Below, piece by piece: positions 22,418 through 38,179 of a stretch of 64,000 nucleotides of DNA. Position 1 is the first letter of the stretch. Each line of letters opens with the position of its first letter. Made by a program: the position numbers and the translations under genes. The notes beneath the pieces were generated by a model. The model was not told the DNA's origin. It was given only the letters and a program-made list of their open reading frames with translations, and searched no databases. Location of the stretch: the NCBI RefSeq assembly GCF_054482595.1, contig NZ_CM137008.1. The stretch is one strand, 5' to 3'.

Positions 22418-23836
22418 ATGCAGGAAAATATATCAGTAACCGATTCATACAGCACCGGGAATGCCGCACAGGCAATGCTGGAGAAACTGCTGCAAATTTA
22501 TGATGTTAAAACGCTGGTGGCGCAGCTTAATGGTGTGGGTGAGAATCACTGGAGCGCGGCAATTTTAAAACGTGCGCTGGCGAATGACTCGGCATGGCAC
22601 CGTTTAAGTGAGAAAGAGTTCGCCCATCTGCAAACGTTGTTACCCAAACCACCGGCACATCATCCGCATTATGCGTTTCGCTTTATCGATCTATTTGCCG
22701 GAATTGGCGGCATCCGTCGCGGTTTTGAATCGATTGGCGGACAATGCGTGTTTACCAGCGAATGGAACAAACATGCGGTACGCACTTATAAAGCCAACCA
22801 TTATTGCGATCCGGCGACGCATCATTTTAATGAAGATATCCGCGACATCACCCTCAGCCATAAAGAAGGCGTGAGTGATGAGGCGGCGGCGGAACATATT
22901 CGTAAACACATTCCTGAACACGATGTTTTACTGGCCGGTTTCCCTTGTCAGCCATTTTCGCTGGCTGGCGTATCGAAAAAGAACTCGCTCGGGCGGGCGC
23001 ACGGTTTTGCCTGCGATACCCAGGGCACGCTGTTTTTTGATGTGGTACGCATTATCGACGCGCGTCGTCCGGCGATGTTTGTGCTCGAAAACGTCAAAAA
23101 CCTGAAAAGTCACGACCAGGGTAAAACGTTCCGCATCATCATGCAGACGCTGGACGAACTGGGCTATGACGTGGCTGATGCAGAAGATAATGGGCCAGAC
23201 GATCCGAAAATCATCGACGGTAAACATTTTCTGCCGCAGCACCGTGAACGCATCGTGCTGGTGGGTTTTCGTCGCGATCTGAATCTGAAAGCCGATTTTA
23301 CCCTGCGTGAGATCAGCGAATGTTTCCCTTCACAGCGAGTGACACTGGCGCAGTTACTGGACCCGATGGTCGAGGCGAAATATATCCTGACGCCGGTGCT
23401 GTGGAAGTACCTCTATCGTTATGCGAAAAAACATCAGGCGCGCGGTAACGGCTTCGGTTATGGAATGGTTTATCCGAACAATCCGCAAAGCGTCACGCGT
23501 ACGCTGTCTGCGCGTTATTACAAAGATGGCGCGGAAATTTTAATCGATCGCGGCTGGGATATGGCCAAAGGTGAGAAAGACTTTGACGATCCGCAGAATC
23601 AGCAACATCGTCCACGTCGGTTAACGCCTCGTGAATGCGCGCGCTTAATGGGTTTTGAAGCGCCGGGAGAAGCGAAATTCCGCATTCCGGTTTCGGACAC
23701 TCAGGCCTATCGCCAGTTCGGTAACTCGGTGGTCGTGCCGGTCTTTGCCGCGGTGGCAAAACTGCTTGAGCCAAAAATCAAACAGGCGGTGGCGTTGCGT
23801 CAGCAAGAGGCACAACATGGCCGACGTTCACGATAA
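22418..23836 (+). CDS. dcm: DNA-cytosine C5 methyltransferase Dcm
   Basis: 472-aa ORF with FAGIGG and PCQ motifs. Confidence 0.95.
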   Translation: MQENISVTDSYSTGNAAQAMLEKLLQIYDVKTLVAQLNGVGENHWSAAILKRALANDSAWHRLSEKEFAHLQTLLPKPPAHHPHYAFRFIDLFAGIGGIRRGFESIGGQCVFTSEWNKHAVRTYKANHYCDPATHHFNEDIRDITLSHKEGVSDEAAAEHIRKHIPEHDVLLAGFPCQPFSLAGVSKKNSLGRAHGFACDTQGTLFFDVVRIIDARRPAMFVLENVKNLKSHDQGKTFRIIMQTLDELGYDVADAEDNGPDDPKIIDGKHFLPQHRERIVLVGFRRDLNLKADFTLREISECFPSQRVTLAQLLDPMVEAKYILTPVLWKYLYRYAKKHQARGNGFGYGMVYPNNPQSVTRTLSARYYKDGAEILIDRGWDMAKGEKDFDDPQNQQHRPRRLTPRECARLMGFEAPGEAKFRIPVSDTQAYRQFGNSVVVPVFAAVAKLLEPKIKQAVALRQQEAQHGRRSR

Positions 23837-24287
23837 GGCCACTCGCAGCAAAAATATGCGCGCGATTGCCACGCGTGATACGGCGATTGAGAAGCGCCTC
23901 GCCAGTCTGTTAACCGGGCAGGGCCTGGCGTTTCGCGTTCAGGACGCCAGTCTGCCCGGTCGCCCGGATTTTGTCGTTGATGAATATCGTTGCGTGATAT
24001 TTACCCACGGCTGCTTCTGGCACCATCATCACTGCTATCTGTTTAAAGTGCCTGCGACTCGAACCGAGTTCTGGCTGGAGAAGATAGGTAAAAATGTTGA
24101 GCGCGATCGCCGCGATATCAGTCGCTTGCAGGAGCTTGGCTGGCGCGTACTGATTGTCTGGGAGTGTGCGTTACGCGGGCGCGAAAAATTGACGGATGCG
24201 GCACTTACCGAGCGTCTGGAAGAGTGGATCTGCGGCGAAGGTGCCAGCGCGCAGATCGACACGCAGGGGATTCATTTACTCGCTTGA
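23817..24287 (+). CDS. vsr: Very-short-patch repair endonuclease Vsr
   Basis: Internal ATG ([16 protein letters not shown]...) gives 156 aa and overlaps the dcm 3' end; the ORF-track start at 23655 lies inside dcm. Confidence 0.95.
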   Translation: MADVHDKATRSKNMRAIATRDTAIEKRLASLLTGQGLAFRVQDASLPGRPDFVVDEYRCVIFTHGCFWHHHHCYLFKVPATRTEFWLEKIGKNVERDRRDISRLQELGWRVLIVWECALRGREKLTDAALTERLEEWICGEGASAQIDTQGIHLLA

Positions 24288-25196
24288 TGCGTCCTGAATA
24301 ACTGGCGCAATAACGGGTTTTGCCGGGAAAAGATATTTTCCTAACGTGACCAGTACCACCGCGAAGACAATCACGCCGAGCGCCAGCCATTCAATCTTAG
24401 ACAGCGTCTCTCCGCCCACTCCCGTACCCAGCAAGACCGCGACCACCGGGTTAACGTAGGCGTAGCTGGTGGCGAGAGCCGGACTGACGTTGCGGATTAA
24501 ATACATATAAGCGTTAATGGCGATAATCGAACCAAACAGCGCCAGATAGCCGACCGCAAGGAAGCCTGAAAGGGAAGGGATCGCCGTCAGTTTTTCACCT
24601 GCAATCATCGACGCGATAATTAACACCACGCCTGCCGCCAGCATCTCAATCGCACCCGCCATCATTCCTACAGGTAAGGTAATGCGCGAGCCATAAACCG
24701 AGCCAAACGCCCAGCTAATCGAGCCGATTAAAATAAGAATCGCGCCCCACGGATTGCCGCTTAAATTTCCACCGCTATTGAGCATGATGATTCCGGCAAG
24801 CCCAATGGCGATACCCACCCATTCCAGTTTGCGCGTTTTAATGCCAAACAGGCGGCTGAAGCACAGGGTAAAGAGGGGCACGGTTGCAACCACAACGGCG
24901 GCGATGCCGGAAGGAACATTTTGATGCTCGGCAACCGTCACCATGCCATTACCGACAGCCAGCAATAACAGGCCAATCAGCGCGGCATTGAGCAGCGGAC
25001 GTAGCGGGGGGAGTTTGTGTCCGCGCAGTAGCAAAAATGCCAGCAATAAAATACCGGCTGCCAGGAATCGAACGCCCGCCATCATTAACGGAGGCCAGCT
25101 TTCCACGCCAATCCGAATGACAAAATAGGTTGAGCCCCAAATGATATACAACGCAAACAGCGCGCCAAAAAGCGGTAACAACTGGCGGAAACGCAT
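24276..25196 (-). CDS. yedA: EamA/DMT-family inner-membrane transporter
   Basis: 306-aa polytopic membrane ORF. Confidence 0.9.
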   Translation of the reverse strand: MRFRQLLPLFGALFALYIIWGSTYFVIRIGVESWPPLMMAGVRFLAAGILLLAFLLLRGHKLPPLRPLLNAALIGLLLLAVGNGMVTVAEHQNVPSGIAAVVVATVPLFTLCFSRLFGIKTRKLEWVGIAIGLAGIIMLNSGGNLSGNPWGAILILIGSISWAFGSVYGSRITLPVGMMAGAIEMLAAGVVLIIASMIAGEKLTAIPSLSGFLAVGYLALFGSIIAINAYMYLIRNVSPALATSYAYVNPVVAVLLGTGVGGETLSKIEWLALGVIVFAVVLVTLGKYLFPAKPVIAPVIQDASSE

Positions 25197-25368
25197 AATC
25201 CCTCACGGTGGAAATAAAAAGGTGGTTCATAGTAAACGTGAAAATCATTCTGCTGGCGAGAGATATAATTGCACTTGATTGTTAAAAAAATGTTGACCTG
25301 TGAAGCAAGTATCAGAGCTGCCGTTTTTGCTTCATACTTACACCCTTCAACAATAAAAATGAGAGGGA

Positions 25369-26286
25369 ATGCTTTTGGCCGGGAGTAGTTTACTGACGTT
25401 GCTCGATGATATCGCCACACTGCTGGACGATATCTCCGTGATGGGCAAACTGGCGGCGAAGAAAACCGCCGGTGTATTAGGGGATGACTTATCGCTCAAT
25501 GCGCAACAAGTTTCAGGCGTGCGGGCCAACCGGGAACTTCCCGTGGTCTGGGGCGTGGCGAAAGGATCGCTGATTAATAAAGTGATTCTGGTGCCGCTGG
25601 CGCTGATCATCAGTGCGTTTATCCCGTGGGCGATTACGCCTCTGTTGATGATTGGTGGCGCGTTTCTCTGCTTTGAAGGAGTAGAGAAAGTGCTGCATAT
25701 GCTGGAGGCGCGTAAACATAAAGAAGATCCGGCGCAGAGCCAGCAGCGTCTGGAGAAGCTGGCGGCGCAGGATCCGCTGAAGTTTGAAAAGGACAAAATA
25801 AAAGGGGCGATTCGTACCGATTTTATATTGTCTGCCGAAATCGTCGCCATCACGCTGGGGATTGTGGCCGAAGCGCCGTTGCTTAATCAGGTGCTGGTGC
25901 TTTCAGGCATCGCGCTGGTAGTGACCGTGGGCGTCTACGGTCTGGTAGGGGTTATCGTTAAGATTGATGACCTGGGGTATTGGCTGGCGGAAAAATCCAG
26001 CGCGCTGATGCAGGCATTAGGTAAAGGGTTATTGATCATTGCGCCCTGGTTGATGAAGGCGTTATCGATTGTCGGCACGCTGGCGATGTTCCTCGTCGGC
26101 GGCGGGATTGTGGTACATGGTATTGCGCCGCTGCATCACGCCATTGAACATTTCGCCGGGCAGCAAAGTGCAGTGGTGGCGATGATATTACCGACTGTTT
26201 TAAATCTGATTCTTGGATTTATCATCGGCGGCATCGTGGTGCTGGGAGTGAAAGCCGTAGCGAAAATACGCGGTCAGGCACATTAA
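25369..26286 (+). CDS. yedI: DUF808 inner-membrane protein
   Basis: 305-aa membrane ORF ([21 protein letters not shown]...). Confidence 0.85.
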   Translation: MLLAGSSLLTLLDDIATLLDDISVMGKLAAKKTAGVLGDDLSLNAQQVSGVRANRELPVVWGVAKGSLINKVILVPLALIISAFIPWAITPLLMIGGAFLCFEGVEKVLHMLEARKHKEDPAQSQQRLEKLAAQDPLKFEKDKIKGAIRTDFILSAEIVAITLGIVAEAPLLNQVLVLSGIALVVTVGVYGLVGVIVKIDDLGYWLAEKSSALMQALGKGLLIIAPWLMKALSIVGTLAMFLVGGGIVVHGIAPLHHAIEHFAGQQSAVVAMILPTVLNLILGFIIGGIVVLGVKAVAKIRGQAH

Positions 26287-26364
26287 TACTCGCACAGGCT
26301 ATTATGCAAAATTCGCCATCTTCAACTAAGGTGAACAAGTTTCACTCGAAAAAAGGAGGCGAGT

Positions 26365-26547
26365 ATGAGCTTTATGGTTAGTGAGGAAGTTACGGTTAAA
26401 GAGGGCGGCCCGCGGATGATTGTCACCGGATACTCCAGCGGTATGGTTGAGTGTCGTTGGTATGACGGTTACGGGGTCAAGCGGGAAGCTTTTCATGAAA
26501 CCGAGCTTGTTCCGGGGGAGGGGAGTCGTCCTGCGGAAGAAGTTTGA
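26365..26547 (+). CDS. yodC: Small protein YodC (DUF2158)
   Basis: 60-aa ORF with ggagg RBS; sequence recognised as YodC. Confidence 0.85.
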   Translation: MSFMVSEEVTVKEGGPRMIVTGYSSGMVECRWYDGYGVKREAFHETELVPGEGSRPAEEV

Positions 26548-26717
26548 AAGAGTATCATTAACATCAGGCCGGATCACATCCGGCCTGATGTGCTAATGCC
26601 TGCAATGAATGATAGTCGCGTCTTATCATGCCACCATTATAAAATTATCGCTGTTTTGCGGTACGCTATCGCCAGGTTATGCCAGAATCATAAAAAAGCA
26701 GGTTGGGAGTCGTCAGG

Positions 26718-29241
<2,524 letters not shown>

Positions 29242-29387
29242 TTACCAGGATGTTTCTCAAAACAGCACAAATAATCAAAGATGATTTTTTCGGGAGCGAT
29301 CCCGTTGACGTCAGAGCCACCAAGGGGTGACGCGCGTCACATTTCTATTCATAAGTAGCGTTAATCATTCATATCACGAATATTTTC

Positions 29388-29416
29388 TTGTCAGCGAAAA
29401 AAATTGCGGATAAGGT
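29388..29416 (+). promoter_or_regulatory. Candidate sigma-70 promoter of dsrA
   Basis: ttgtca (-35) and taaggt (-10) with 17-bp spacing, ending 5 nt before the DsrA 5' end. Confidence 0.45.
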
Positions 29417-29420
29417 GATG

Positions 29421-29508
29421 AACACATCAGATTTCCTGGTGTAACGAATTTTTTAAGTGCTTCTTGCTTAAGCAAGTTTAATCCCGACCCCCTCAGGGTC
29501 GGGATTTT
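29421..29508 (+). ncRNA. dsrA: DsrA small regulatory RNA (Hfq-dependent; activates rpoS translation, antagonises hns)
   Basis: aacacatcagatttcctggtgtaacgaattttttaagtgcttcttgcttaagcaagttt.atcccgaccccctcagggtcgggattt matches DsrA as I recall it (one possible mismatch); ends in a GC hairpin plus U-tract. Confidence 0.9.
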
Positions 29509-29520
29509 TTTATTGTGCAT

Positions 29521-29748
29521 TCAACGATTCACTTCAGAGACGCTGAAGTCATGAATATCCAGTTCGAAGGCATCCGCCAATTCACGCCATGTATGATATT
29601 CACGTCCATCGACACTAACGTGTTCAGGATCGTGCTGGCTGCGATGAACTTCGCTTTCGCTAATTTCATTGATCGCCGCCAGCAGGGCATCGACATCGAC
29701 ACTGACCTCACGTTTTGCGGTATCGCTGTACTCTTTTGCGGTTTTCAT
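29521..29748 (-). CDS. yodD: Stress-induced small protein YodD
   Basis: Internal ATG (MKTAKEYSDTAKREVSVDVDALLAAINEISE...) gives 75 aa. Confidence 0.85.
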   Translation of the reverse strand: MKTAKEYSDTAKREVSVDVDALLAAINEISESEVHRSQHDPEHVSVDGREYHTWRELADAFELDIHDFSVSEVNR

Positions 29749-29819
29749 CATCTTTCCTCGCAACCGTTACTCTGTTGTTGCCGCCAGTCGTTAAGTCCGC
29801 TGGCATCTCTTAAGTATAG

Positions 29820-30098
<279 letters not shown>

Positions 30099-30141
30099 TC
30101 TAATTCAGCCTGACTGGTGGGAAACCACCAGTCAGAATGTG

Positions 30142-30765
30142 TTAGCGCATGTTGACAAAAATACCATTAGTCACATTATCCGTCAGTCGGACGACATGGT
30201 AGATAACCTGTTTATTATGCGTTTTGATCTTACGTTTAATATTACCTTTATGCGATGAAACGGTCTTGGCTTTGATATTCATTTGGTCGGAGATTTGAAT
30301 GGTTCCCTGACCTGCCATCCACATTCGCAACATACTCGATTCGGTTCGGCTCAATGATAACGTCGGCATATTTAAAAACGAGGTTATCGTTGTCTCTTTT
30401 TTCAGAATATCGCCAAGGATATCGTCGAGAGATTCCGGTTTAATCGATTTAGAACTGATCAATAAATTTTTTCTGACCAATAGATATTCATCAAAATGAA
30501 CATTGGCAATTGCCATAAAAACGATAAATAACGTATTGGGATGTTGATTAATGATGAGCTTGATACGCTGACTGTTAGAAGCATCGTGGATGAAACAGTC
30601 CTCATTAATAAACACCACTGAAGGGCGCTGTGAATCACAAGCTATGGCAAGGTCATCAACGGTTTCAATGTCGTTGATTTCTCTTTTTTTAACCCCTCTG
30701 CTCAACAGATACCCGGTTAAACCTAGTCGGGTGTAACTACATAAATCCATAATAATCGTTGACAT
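30142..30765 (-). CDS. rcsA: RcsA, LuxR-type auxiliary regulator of capsule synthesis
   Basis: 207-aa ORF with C-terminal LuxR-type HTH; AT-rich upstream region. Confidence 0.95.
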
Positions 30766-31054
30766 GGCATACCCTCACTCAATGCGTAACGATAATTCCC
30801 CTTACCTGAATATTTCATCATGACTAAACGGAACAACATGGGTCACCTAATGCGCCACTCTCGCGATTTTTCAGGCGGACTTACTATCCCGTAAAGTGTT
30901 GTATAATTTGCCTGGAATTGTCTTAAAGTAAAGTAAATGTTGCGATATGTGAGTGAGGTTAAAACAAATATTTCGCCACAGGAGTATCCTGGAAGATGTT
31001 CGTGGGTATTATTTTTCAGATAATCCTTAGGATAACAAGATAAACATTAGGGAA

Positions 31055-31840
31055 TCATATTACAGGTAATTCGCTGATAATATCTGCCAGCAAATTAAAA
31101 ATTTCACTGAATAAATGTTCGCAAAAAGGAGCAATTAACGGCATTAATGCCGCCATTAATGAGATACCGACAGTCAGAGTTAATGGAAATCCAATAACAA
31201 AAATGGATAATTGCGGGGCCATACGATTCAGTAAACCTAATGCCAGATTCAGTGTCAGCAGCAGAGTAATGAGCGGTAACGCCAGCATCAGTCCATTGAG
31301 GAAAATCAAACTCCCTGCTTTGGTGAGTGCCAGAAACGCATTGCTATTTAGCGGCTCGCCACCAATAGGCAGGGTGTGAAAGGTATCCACCAGCAGTGAA
31401 ATCAGCCATAAATGACCGTTAAATGTCAGGAACAGCAGTAACGCCAGCATATCCATGATGCGCGCTAAAACGGGCATATTGAGATGGCTGCCCGGATCGA
31501 CAAACGTCGCAAATGACAGTCCCATTTGCAGACCGATAATTTCGCCAGCGGTTCGCACAGCGGCAAAAGCAAACTGCATGGTAAAACCAAGCGCAATGCC
31601 GATCAGGATCTGCTGCACGGCCAGCCACAGAGCAAAGAACGAAAAAACAGGAACATCGTTGGCAGGTAAGGATGGGGCAATGGCGAACGTGATCATCATT
31701 GCCAGACCCAGTTTGACCCGTTTCGGCACGCTACGTTCGCTCAGAATTGGCGCGGTAGAAATGAGCGCCAGCACGCGCAGTAACGGCCAGAAGTACAGGC
31801 TCAACCAAGAAAGCCATTGATCGCTTGTCACCTGCAACAT
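31055..31840 (-). CDS. fliR: Flagellar export apparatus protein FliR
   Basis: 261-aa polytopic membrane ORF; last gene of the fliL-R operon. Confidence 0.95.
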   Translation of the reverse strand: MLQVTSDQWLSWLSLYFWPLLRVLALISTAPILSERSVPKRVKLGLAMMITFAIAPSLPANDVPVFSFFALWLAVQQILIGIALGFTMQFAFAAVRTAGEIIGLQMGLSFATFVDPGSHLNMPVLARIMDMLALLLFLTFNGHLWLISLLVDTFHTLPIGGEPLNSNAFLALTKAGSLIFLNGLMLALPLITLLLTLNLALGLLNRMAPQLSIFVIGFPLTLTVGISLMAALMPLIAPFCEHLFSEIFNLLADIISELPVI

Positions 31841-31848
31841 TATACGGG

Positions 31849-32118
31849 CTACCCGATGATATACGGCAGGTTAGTGAACAAGGTACGGACGTAATCCAGC
31901 AACAGATTGAGCATCCACGGTCCGGCAATAATAATGGCGATAAATACGGCGATGATTTTCGGAATAAACGACAGCGTCATTTCATTAATCTGCGTGGCGG
32001 CCTGCAAAATACTGATGATAAGGCCCGTGACCAACGCCACCAGCAACAGCGGGGCAGCCAGCGCCAGCGCAACTTTCATCGCTTCAGTCCCCATCATCAT
32101 GACCGATTCAGGTGTCAT
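31849..32118 (-). CDS. fliQ: Flagellar export apparatus protein FliQ
   Basis: 89-aa membrane ORF. Confidence 0.95.
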   Translation of the reverse strand: MTPESVMMMGTEAMKVALALAAPLLLVALVTGLIISILQAATQINEMTLSFIPKIIAVFIAIIIAGPWMLNLLLDYVRTLFTNLPYIIG

Positions 32119-32127
32119 TTTGCCTCT

Positions 32128-32865
32128 CTAGCTGTAAAAGCTCTGCGCCAGCGAACCGACCAGCAATTGCCAGCCATCCACCAGTACAAACAGCATCAGT
32201 TTAAAGGGCAGAGCAATGGTGGCCGGGGGCACCATCATCATCCCCAATGCCATCAGTACGCTGGCAATCACGAGGTCGATAATCAAAAAAGGAATGAAAA
32301 TCGTGAAGCCTATCTGAAATGCGGTTTTCAGCTCGCTGGTCACGTAGGCCGGGAGCAAAATGCGCATTGGGACGGCTTCAGGTCCCTGCAACGGGCCGGT
32401 ATTCGCCAGTCTGGCAAACAACCCTAAATCTGCCTCGCGGGTCTGACGCAGCATAAACTCACGCAGCGGCTGCGCCCCTTTTTCCAGCGCCTCCTGCATT
32501 GAGATTTTCTCTTCGCTGAACGGCTGGTATGCATCGACATAAATTTTGTCGATCACCGGCGACATTATAAAAAAGGTCAAAAACAGTGCCAGCCCCAGCA
32601 ATACCTGGTTCGGGGGGGCGGAGGGCGTGCCCAGCGCGTTTCGCAATAATCCAAAAACAATGATGATACGGGTGAAACTGGTCATCATCAGTAAAATCGC
32701 TGGAATAAACGTCAACGAGGTAATGAACACCAGCGTCTGCACCGGGAGGGACCAACTTTGTCCACCGCCAGGCAGCGGCTGGCTGGTGATACCCGGCAGT
32801 TGCGCGAAGGCGAGGGGCGTAACCAGCCAGAGAAGGACAGGTGCGACAGACAACAAACGACGCAT
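32128..32865 (-). CDS. fliP: Flagellar export apparatus protein FliP
   Basis: 245-aa ORF with signal peptide and TM segments. Confidence 0.95.
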   Translation of the reverse strand: MRRLLSVAPVLLWLVTPLAFAQLPGITSQPLPGGGQSWSLPVQTLVFITSLTFIPAILLMMTSFTRIIIVFGLLRNALGTPSAPPNQVLLGLALFLTFFIMSPVIDKIYVDAYQPFSEEKISMQEALEKGAQPLREFMLRQTREADLGLFARLANTGPLQGPEAVPMRILLPAYVTSELKTAFQIGFTIFIPFLIIDLVIASVLMALGMMMVPPATIALPFKLMLFVLVDGWQLLVGSLAQSFYS

Positions 32866-33230
32866 CAGGATCTCCCGCTACGCTTAAGCAAGTTTTTCAT
32901 GACCGACTGAAAATCGGCCTGCGGTATCTCTTCCGTTGGCGCAGAAGGGGGAAGTTTATGCAGCAGATTGATTTGCCCTGCGGTAACGCCGAGCACCAAC
33001 CGTGCATCTTCCACATCGACTACCACGACCCGTTCACGCGCGCCCAGCGAAGCACTGGCGCTAATTTTCAGACCGTTAACGCCAGTTCGTTTGGGGGCAA
33101 ATCCCAGCCGTTTTACCAGCCAGGCAGCAGCGAGGATCAGGGCAATAATGGCGATCAGTGCGCCGCTCACCTGCAGCAGCGGCGCAGCAGAAACCGGCGC
33201 GGACGGTTGCACAGTAGCGTGGTTATTCAT
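32865..33230 (-). CDS. fliO: Flagellar protein FliO
   Basis: 121-aa ORF with a single TM segment; 1-nt overlap with fliP. Confidence 0.9.
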   Translation of the reverse strand: MNNHATVQPSAPVSAAPLLQVSGALIAIIALILAAAWLVKRLGFAPKRTGVNGLKISASASLGARERVVVVDVEDARLVLGVTAGQINLLHKLPPSAPTEEIPQADFQSVMKNLLKRSGRS

Positions 33231-33232
33231 CG

Positions 33233-33646
33233 CTAACGGCTCAGGCGGCGCATTCGCTCAGACGGAGTAATGATATCGGTGATCCGCACGCCATATTTAT
33301 CGGCAACGACCACCACTTCGCCCTGGGCGATTAAATAACCGTTGATCAGAATATCCAGCGGTTCGCCTGCCAGGCCGTCCAGCGCTACGACTGACCCTTG
33401 TGTCAGGCGCAACAGCTCTTTGATGGTCATCCGAGTGCGGCCCAGTTCGACGGTCAGCTTAACCGGAATATCCATAATCAGGTCGATATCCTGCAACGTT
33501 CCGCTGACATCACCGCCGCCAAATTGCTGGAATACCGCGTCTGCAGCGCTTTTACTGCTGGTTGATTTTTGTTCGCTCAACGCTTCAGCCCACAGATCGT
33601 CCATTGCGCCGTTGTTATCATCGGCCGGATTATTCAAGTCACTCAT
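33233..33646 (-). CDS. fliN: Flagellar motor switch protein FliN
   Basis: 137-aa ORF. Confidence 0.95.
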   Translation of the reverse strand: MSDLNNPADDNNGAMDDLWAEALSEQKSTSSKSAADAVFQQFGGGDVSGTLQDIDLIMDIPVKLTVELGRTRMTIKELLRLTQGSVVALDGLAGEPLDILINGYLIAQGEVVVVADKYGVRITDIITPSERMRRLSR

Positions 33647-34647
33647 TTGGGCTGTTCCTCGTTCAGAGAATTCAAAATCGGGTTAATCAAATGTTCAATC
33701 CGTAACGCATACTGGCCGTTGAGGGTGCCGTACTGGCTGGTCAGCACCGGAACGCCGTCAACATGGGCGATGATGCGATCGGGTTTTTCTATCGGCAGGA
33801 CGTCGCCGGGTTTCAGTTTTAAAATCTGCGACAGACGCAGCGATATATCGGCAAAGTTAGCGACCAGCTCCAGCTGTGAGTGCTGCACCTGACGCACCAG
33901 GTTATCGCGCCAGTTCTGATCTTCATTTCGTGAGTTTTCCAGCGGCGGGTTAACCAACAATTCCCGTAGCGGCTCGATCATGCTGAATGGCAGGCAGATA
34001 TTAAATTCGCCGGTCAGGTTGCCAATCTCCACATGGAACGGTGTGTTAACCACGATGTCGTTCGGCGAGGTGGTGATATTGGTAAATTTCACCTGCATTT
34101 CCGAACGCACGTACTCGACATCCAGCGGATTAATTGCCTTCCAGGCGTCGCTATAGCCTTCCAGCGCCAGCTTCAACATACGGTTGATGACGCGCTGTTC
34201 AGTATGGGTAAACTCGCGACCTTCCACTTTAGTTGGGAAGCGTCCATCGCCGCCAAACAGGTTATCCACGGCGATAAACACCAGACTCGGCGAGAACACC
34301 ACCAGCCCTGTGCCGCGTAGCGGTTTCAGGTGGATTAGGTTCAGGTTGGTCGGCACCGGCAGGTTGCGGGCAAACTCATGGTACGGCTGAATGCGGATGG
34401 CCCCGACGGTAATGTCCGGACTACGGCGCAATAGGTTGAACAGCCCCATACGGAAATGGCGGGCAAAACGCTCATTAATGATTTCCAGCGCCTGCAAACG
34501 TTCGCGTACAACCCGTCGTTGGGTATTCGGATCGTACGGACGAATGTCACTATCGCCGCTAACACTGGCCATCGGTTCGTCTTTGACTTCGCTGTCACCA
34601 TTCAACAGCGCATCAATTTCAGCTTGAGAAAGAATACTATCGCCCAT
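33643..34647 (-). CDS. fliM: Flagellar motor switch protein FliM
   Basis: Internal ATG (MGDSILSQAEIDALLN...) gives 334 aa; the ORF-track start at 34749 is an extension. Confidence 0.95.
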   Translation of the reverse strand: MGDSILSQAEIDALLNGDSEVKDEPMASVSGDSDIRPYDPNTQRRVVRERLQALEIINERFARHFRMGLFNLLRRSPDITVGAIRIQPYHEFARNLPVPTNLNLIHLKPLRGTGLVVFSPSLVFIAVDNLFGGDGRFPTKVEGREFTHTEQRVINRMLKLALEGYSDAWKAINPLDVEYVRSEMQVKFTNITTSPNDIVVNTPFHVEIGNLTGEFNICLPFSMIEPLRELLVNPPLENSRNEDQNWRDNLVRQVQHSQLELVANFADISLRLSQILKLKPGDVLPIEKPDRIIAHVDGVPVLTSQYGTLNGQYALRIEHLINPILNSLNEEQPK

Positions 34648-34651
34648 GTCG

Positions 34652-35116
34652 TTATCGCAGAATGAAAGCGGTATACAGCACGTCGGTGACATCCTGTTTC
34701 GGTTGCCCGGCAACAAGCGGGGTGGAAAGTGTGGCTTTAATCTCAGCAATCAGGCTTTTCTTGCCTTCTTCTGTCGCCAGTACGGCAGCATCCTGACGCG
34801 AAAACAGTAACAGCAAGCGGCTACGGACTTCCGGCAAATACTCACTTAGCCGCGAGCGGGTAGCTTCATCTTTTAGCCGCAGAGTTATGCCGATATAAAG
34901 CACGCGATCCGCATCACCCAAATTGACCGTAAAGGTATCCAGCGCATAGAAGACCGGGGAGGGCACGACGCGTTGCTGCGCTTTGTCGTCAGCGGCAACC
35001 TGATGCGAATGCCAGTAGCTGTAACCTGCGCTGGCACAGGCCGCGAGGGTAATGAATACCAGAATCGGGATCCAAAGCGATCGCTTGCTTTTCTTGCTTA
35101 TCGCGTAATCAGTCAT
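34652..35116 (-). CDS. fliL: Flagellar basal-body-associated protein FliL
   Basis: 154-aa ORF with one TM segment. Confidence 0.95.
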   Translation of the reverse strand: MTDYAISKKSKRSLWIPILVFITLAACASAGYSYWHSHQVAADDKAQQRVVPSPVFYALDTFTVNLGDADRVLYIGITLRLKDEATRSRLSEYLPEVRSRLLLLFSRQDAAVLATEEGKKSLIAEIKATLSTPLVAGQPKQDVTDVLYTAFILR

Positions 35117-35220
35117 GTGTTGCGGTCTTCCTGTGTCGCTACTGCTTATCGGCTAATTATCCTGCGTCTTGAACGCAACAAAGCGGGGAAAAGACGCGGA
35201 TTACGGTGCTACCTCTGACG

Positions 35221-36348
35221 TTAGGCGAAAATATCAACGCCACTGTTGCCTGTTACGCGCCCTTGTAAAGAGACGGGAACCGGAAGCGCATCGTCGTCTT
35301 CACCCGCCAGAGGTTCATGATTTGCTGTGCTCTGGCTTTGCTGTTGCTGTGAAGCGGCCTGTTGCTGACCACTAAAGCTTTCGCCACTGATGTTGCTTTG
35401 CCCTAACTGAATGCCACTTTCTGCCAGCTGCGTACGCAGTACCGGTAGCGCAGCTTCCAGCGCGGCGCGTACGTGCTGATGCGGTGACACCATCTGGATT
35501 TGCGCCTGGCTATCATCCACTTTGAGGGAGATTTGTACTTCACCTAAATCCTGCGGGTGCAGACGCAACTCTGCGCTTTGTTGCCCCTGGCGGGTAAACA
35601 GCGAAATATGCTGGCTTAATGATTGTTGCCATTCGTGAGAACCCAGCGGCGCACTCAAAACAGGTGCTGCGACGGTGGGCAGCGGCTGTGTCTGGTGCGG
35701 AGTGATGAGCGGGCTGACGGCAGCGGTCACCGGCGAAGGTGTGCTGATGACTTCCGCTTTACTCTGGGCCTCTGCTACCAGCGGTGTTACTGGCTGAGCT
35801 TGCGCGTCAGGGGCGTCATCAGGCGGTGCGGTTGTGAATTGCGCCGTAGTCAGTTTTGTGTAGAGAGTTGGTTTCTCTGTCGGTAACACGGTTGACGGCG
35901 CATCAGCCACTTTGGGCGTATTGTCAAAACCCGGCAACATCGCAAAAAGGGCGCTCAGGCTTGCGGTGACGTCTTCATTAAGCTCATCTGCTTTTTCGTC
36001 TTTTGTCGTATTTTTGTCAGCCACCGCAGCCAACGTCATCGTCTGAGCGGTGGTTAACGGTGTTGATGTGGATTGTTCGTCGTTGATGACAGGCGGTATT
36101 TCATCCTCAGGGATCAGTAAATCCGCTTGTTGCACATCGGAAAGAATATCGCTAACCAGCGGCTCACCTTTTGTTGTGGGTTTATCTGTTGCCACCAGCA
36201 ACTGAGGGGCCGCTTTGTCGGTTGTTGTTTCACCTGCTATTGCTCCACTCAACAATGCGAGAAAATCTTGTGCAGCATCGCTGGCTTTACCGCCGGGCAA
36301 TATGGCGGTGTCAACGTCAGCGGTAATCACGGGCGCTAAGCGAATCAT
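35221..36348 (-). CDS. fliK: Flagellar hook-length control protein FliK
   Basis: 375-aa Pro/Gln/Ala-rich ORF. Confidence 0.95.
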   Translation of the reverse strand: MIRLAPVITADVDTAILPGGKASDAAQDFLALLSGAIAGETTTDKAAPQLLVATDKPTTKGEPLVSDILSDVQQADLLIPEDEIPPVINDEQSTSTPLTTAQTMTLAAVADKNTTKDEKADELNEDVTASLSALFAMLPGFDNTPKVADAPSTVLPTEKPTLYTKLTTAQFTTAPPDDAPDAQAQPVTPLVAEAQSKAEVISTPSPVTAAVSPLITPHQTQPLPTVAAPVLSAPLGSHEWQQSLSQHISLFTRQGQQSAELRLHPQDLGEVQISLKVDDSQAQIQMVSPHQHVRAALEAALPVLRTQLAESGIQLGQSNISGESFSGQQQAASQQQQSQSTANHEPLAGEDDDALPVPVSLQGRVTGNSGVDIFA

Positions 36349-36788
36349 TCGGGTTTCCTCATGGTGGCACGTTGGGCGAACTCATCCATCTTTTTCTGAT
36401 CGAGACGGTTTTCTGCAAGCAGTGCCGCCGTGGATTGCCGTTCCTGCAGTGTCTGCCAGGCTTGCAAACGTTGTTTCTTTTCTCGCCAGCTGTTCAGGGC
36501 AATGTCAACTTTCTGCGTCCACTGATTAAGTTGCTGGCGATGCTGAGTAATGGCTTTTTCCAGCGCCTGGATAAACTGCTGATAGTTGATCCAGCGGTTA
36601 CTGGTCATCCCGGCACTCATATCGCTGTTGAGGTTATTGCGATATTCATTCTGATAATCGATCAGCATTTTGAGTTGTTCCTCTGCCTGCTGGCATCCGC
36701 GACGCATTTCACCCAGCAGGCGCGCGGCATCTTCTACCTCTTTTTCTGCCAGATCTTTCAGGGTCGCCAGCGCGCCATGTTCTGCCAT
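36345..36788 (-). CDS. fliJ: Flagellar export chaperone/stalk protein FliJ
   Basis: 147-aa coiled-coil ORF. Confidence 0.95.
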   Translation of the reverse strand: MAEHGALATLKDLAEKEVEDAARLLGEMRRGCQQAEEQLKMLIDYQNEYRNNLNSDMSAGMTSNRWINYQQFIQALEKAITQHRQQLNQWTQKVDIALNSWREKKQRLQAWQTLQERQSTAALLAENRLDQKKMDEFAQRATMRKPE

Positions 36789-36809
36789 CTGCCGTTATCT
36801 CCTGCGTTT

Positions 36810-38179
36810 TCACACTGTCGGGAATATGCGCTCCAGCCCCTGGAGAGACTCTTCCCAGTCCGCGCGTTCAAAAATGCCTTGTTGCAAATAGCCCTCCAGC
36901 TGCGGCCACAGAGCGATGGCTTTATCGAGCATTGGATCGCTGCCTTTGGCATACGCGCCGACGCTAACCAGATCGCGGTTACGCTGAAAACTCGACAACA
37001 GCTGTTTGAAGGTGCGCACTCGCGCGTAATGTTGCTCGCTGATCAACGCCGTCATTGCACGGCTGATCGACGCTTCAATATCAATCGCCGGATAGTGTCC
37101 GGCTTCCGCCAGACGACGAGAAAGTACAATGTGACCGTCGAGGATCGCCCGTGCGGAGTCGGCAATCGGGTCCTGCTGGTCATCGCCTTCGGTGAGCACG
37201 GTATAAAACGCCGTAATTGAGCCGCCGCCGCTGATACCGTTACCGGCACGCTCGACCAGCGCCGGTAATTTGGCGAATACCGACGGTGGATAACCTTTGG
37301 TGGCAGGCGGTTCACCAATTGCCAGCGCAATCTCACGCTGGGCCATCGCGTAGCGGGTGAGGGAGTCCATAATCAGCAACACATGCTGACCACGATCGCG
37401 AAAATCTTCGGCAATGCGCGTGGCATAGGCGGCACCTTGCATTCGCAGGAGCGGAGAAACATCCGCTGGAGCGGCAATCACCACGGAGCGTGCACGCCCT
37501 TCGGCACCGAGGATATTCTCAATAAAATCTTTTACTTCGCGCCCACGTTCACCAATCAAACCCACGACAATGACATCGGCGCGGGTGTAACGTGCCATCA
37601 TCCCCAGCAGCACACTTTTACCGACACCAGAACCAGCAAATAGCCCCATACGCTGCCCGCGCCCAACGGTAAGCAGGGCATTGATTGGGCGCACGCCCGT
37701 GTCCAGCACATGTTCAATCGGTGTACGTTGCAAAGGGTTAAAAGGCGGGGTGATCAGCGCACCTGTTTCGGTCGTATCGGGGGAGGGAAGGCCATCAAGC
37801 GGTTTACCGCTGCCATCCAGAACGCGACCTAATAACGCCGGACCGAGTGGCAACTGCTTGCCGCTTTGCAGCCCTTCAGCCGAAATGTGTTTGGCATAAA
37901 CGCGCGCGCCGGGCAGGACACCTTCCACTTCTTCCAGCGGCATTAAAAACAGCCGTTGACCGTTAAATCCAACCACTTCGCTTTCTACTTCATGCGTTTC
38001 CGACCCGTTCTGGCGCTCAATCACACAGGTTGCGCCGAGCGGCAATTGTAATCCGGTAGCCTCCAGCACCAGCCCGGTAGCGCGAGTTAATCGCCCGTAG
38101 CGACGTACCGCAGGCAACTGCGCCATTTTGGCTTCGAAGTTATCCAGCGTGGTTAGCCAGTGAGTCAGGCGCGTGGTCA

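Noticed and set aside
36372-37220. 282-aa plus-strand ORF
   Set aside because: Antisense to fliJ/fliI; no RBS; random-looking composition.
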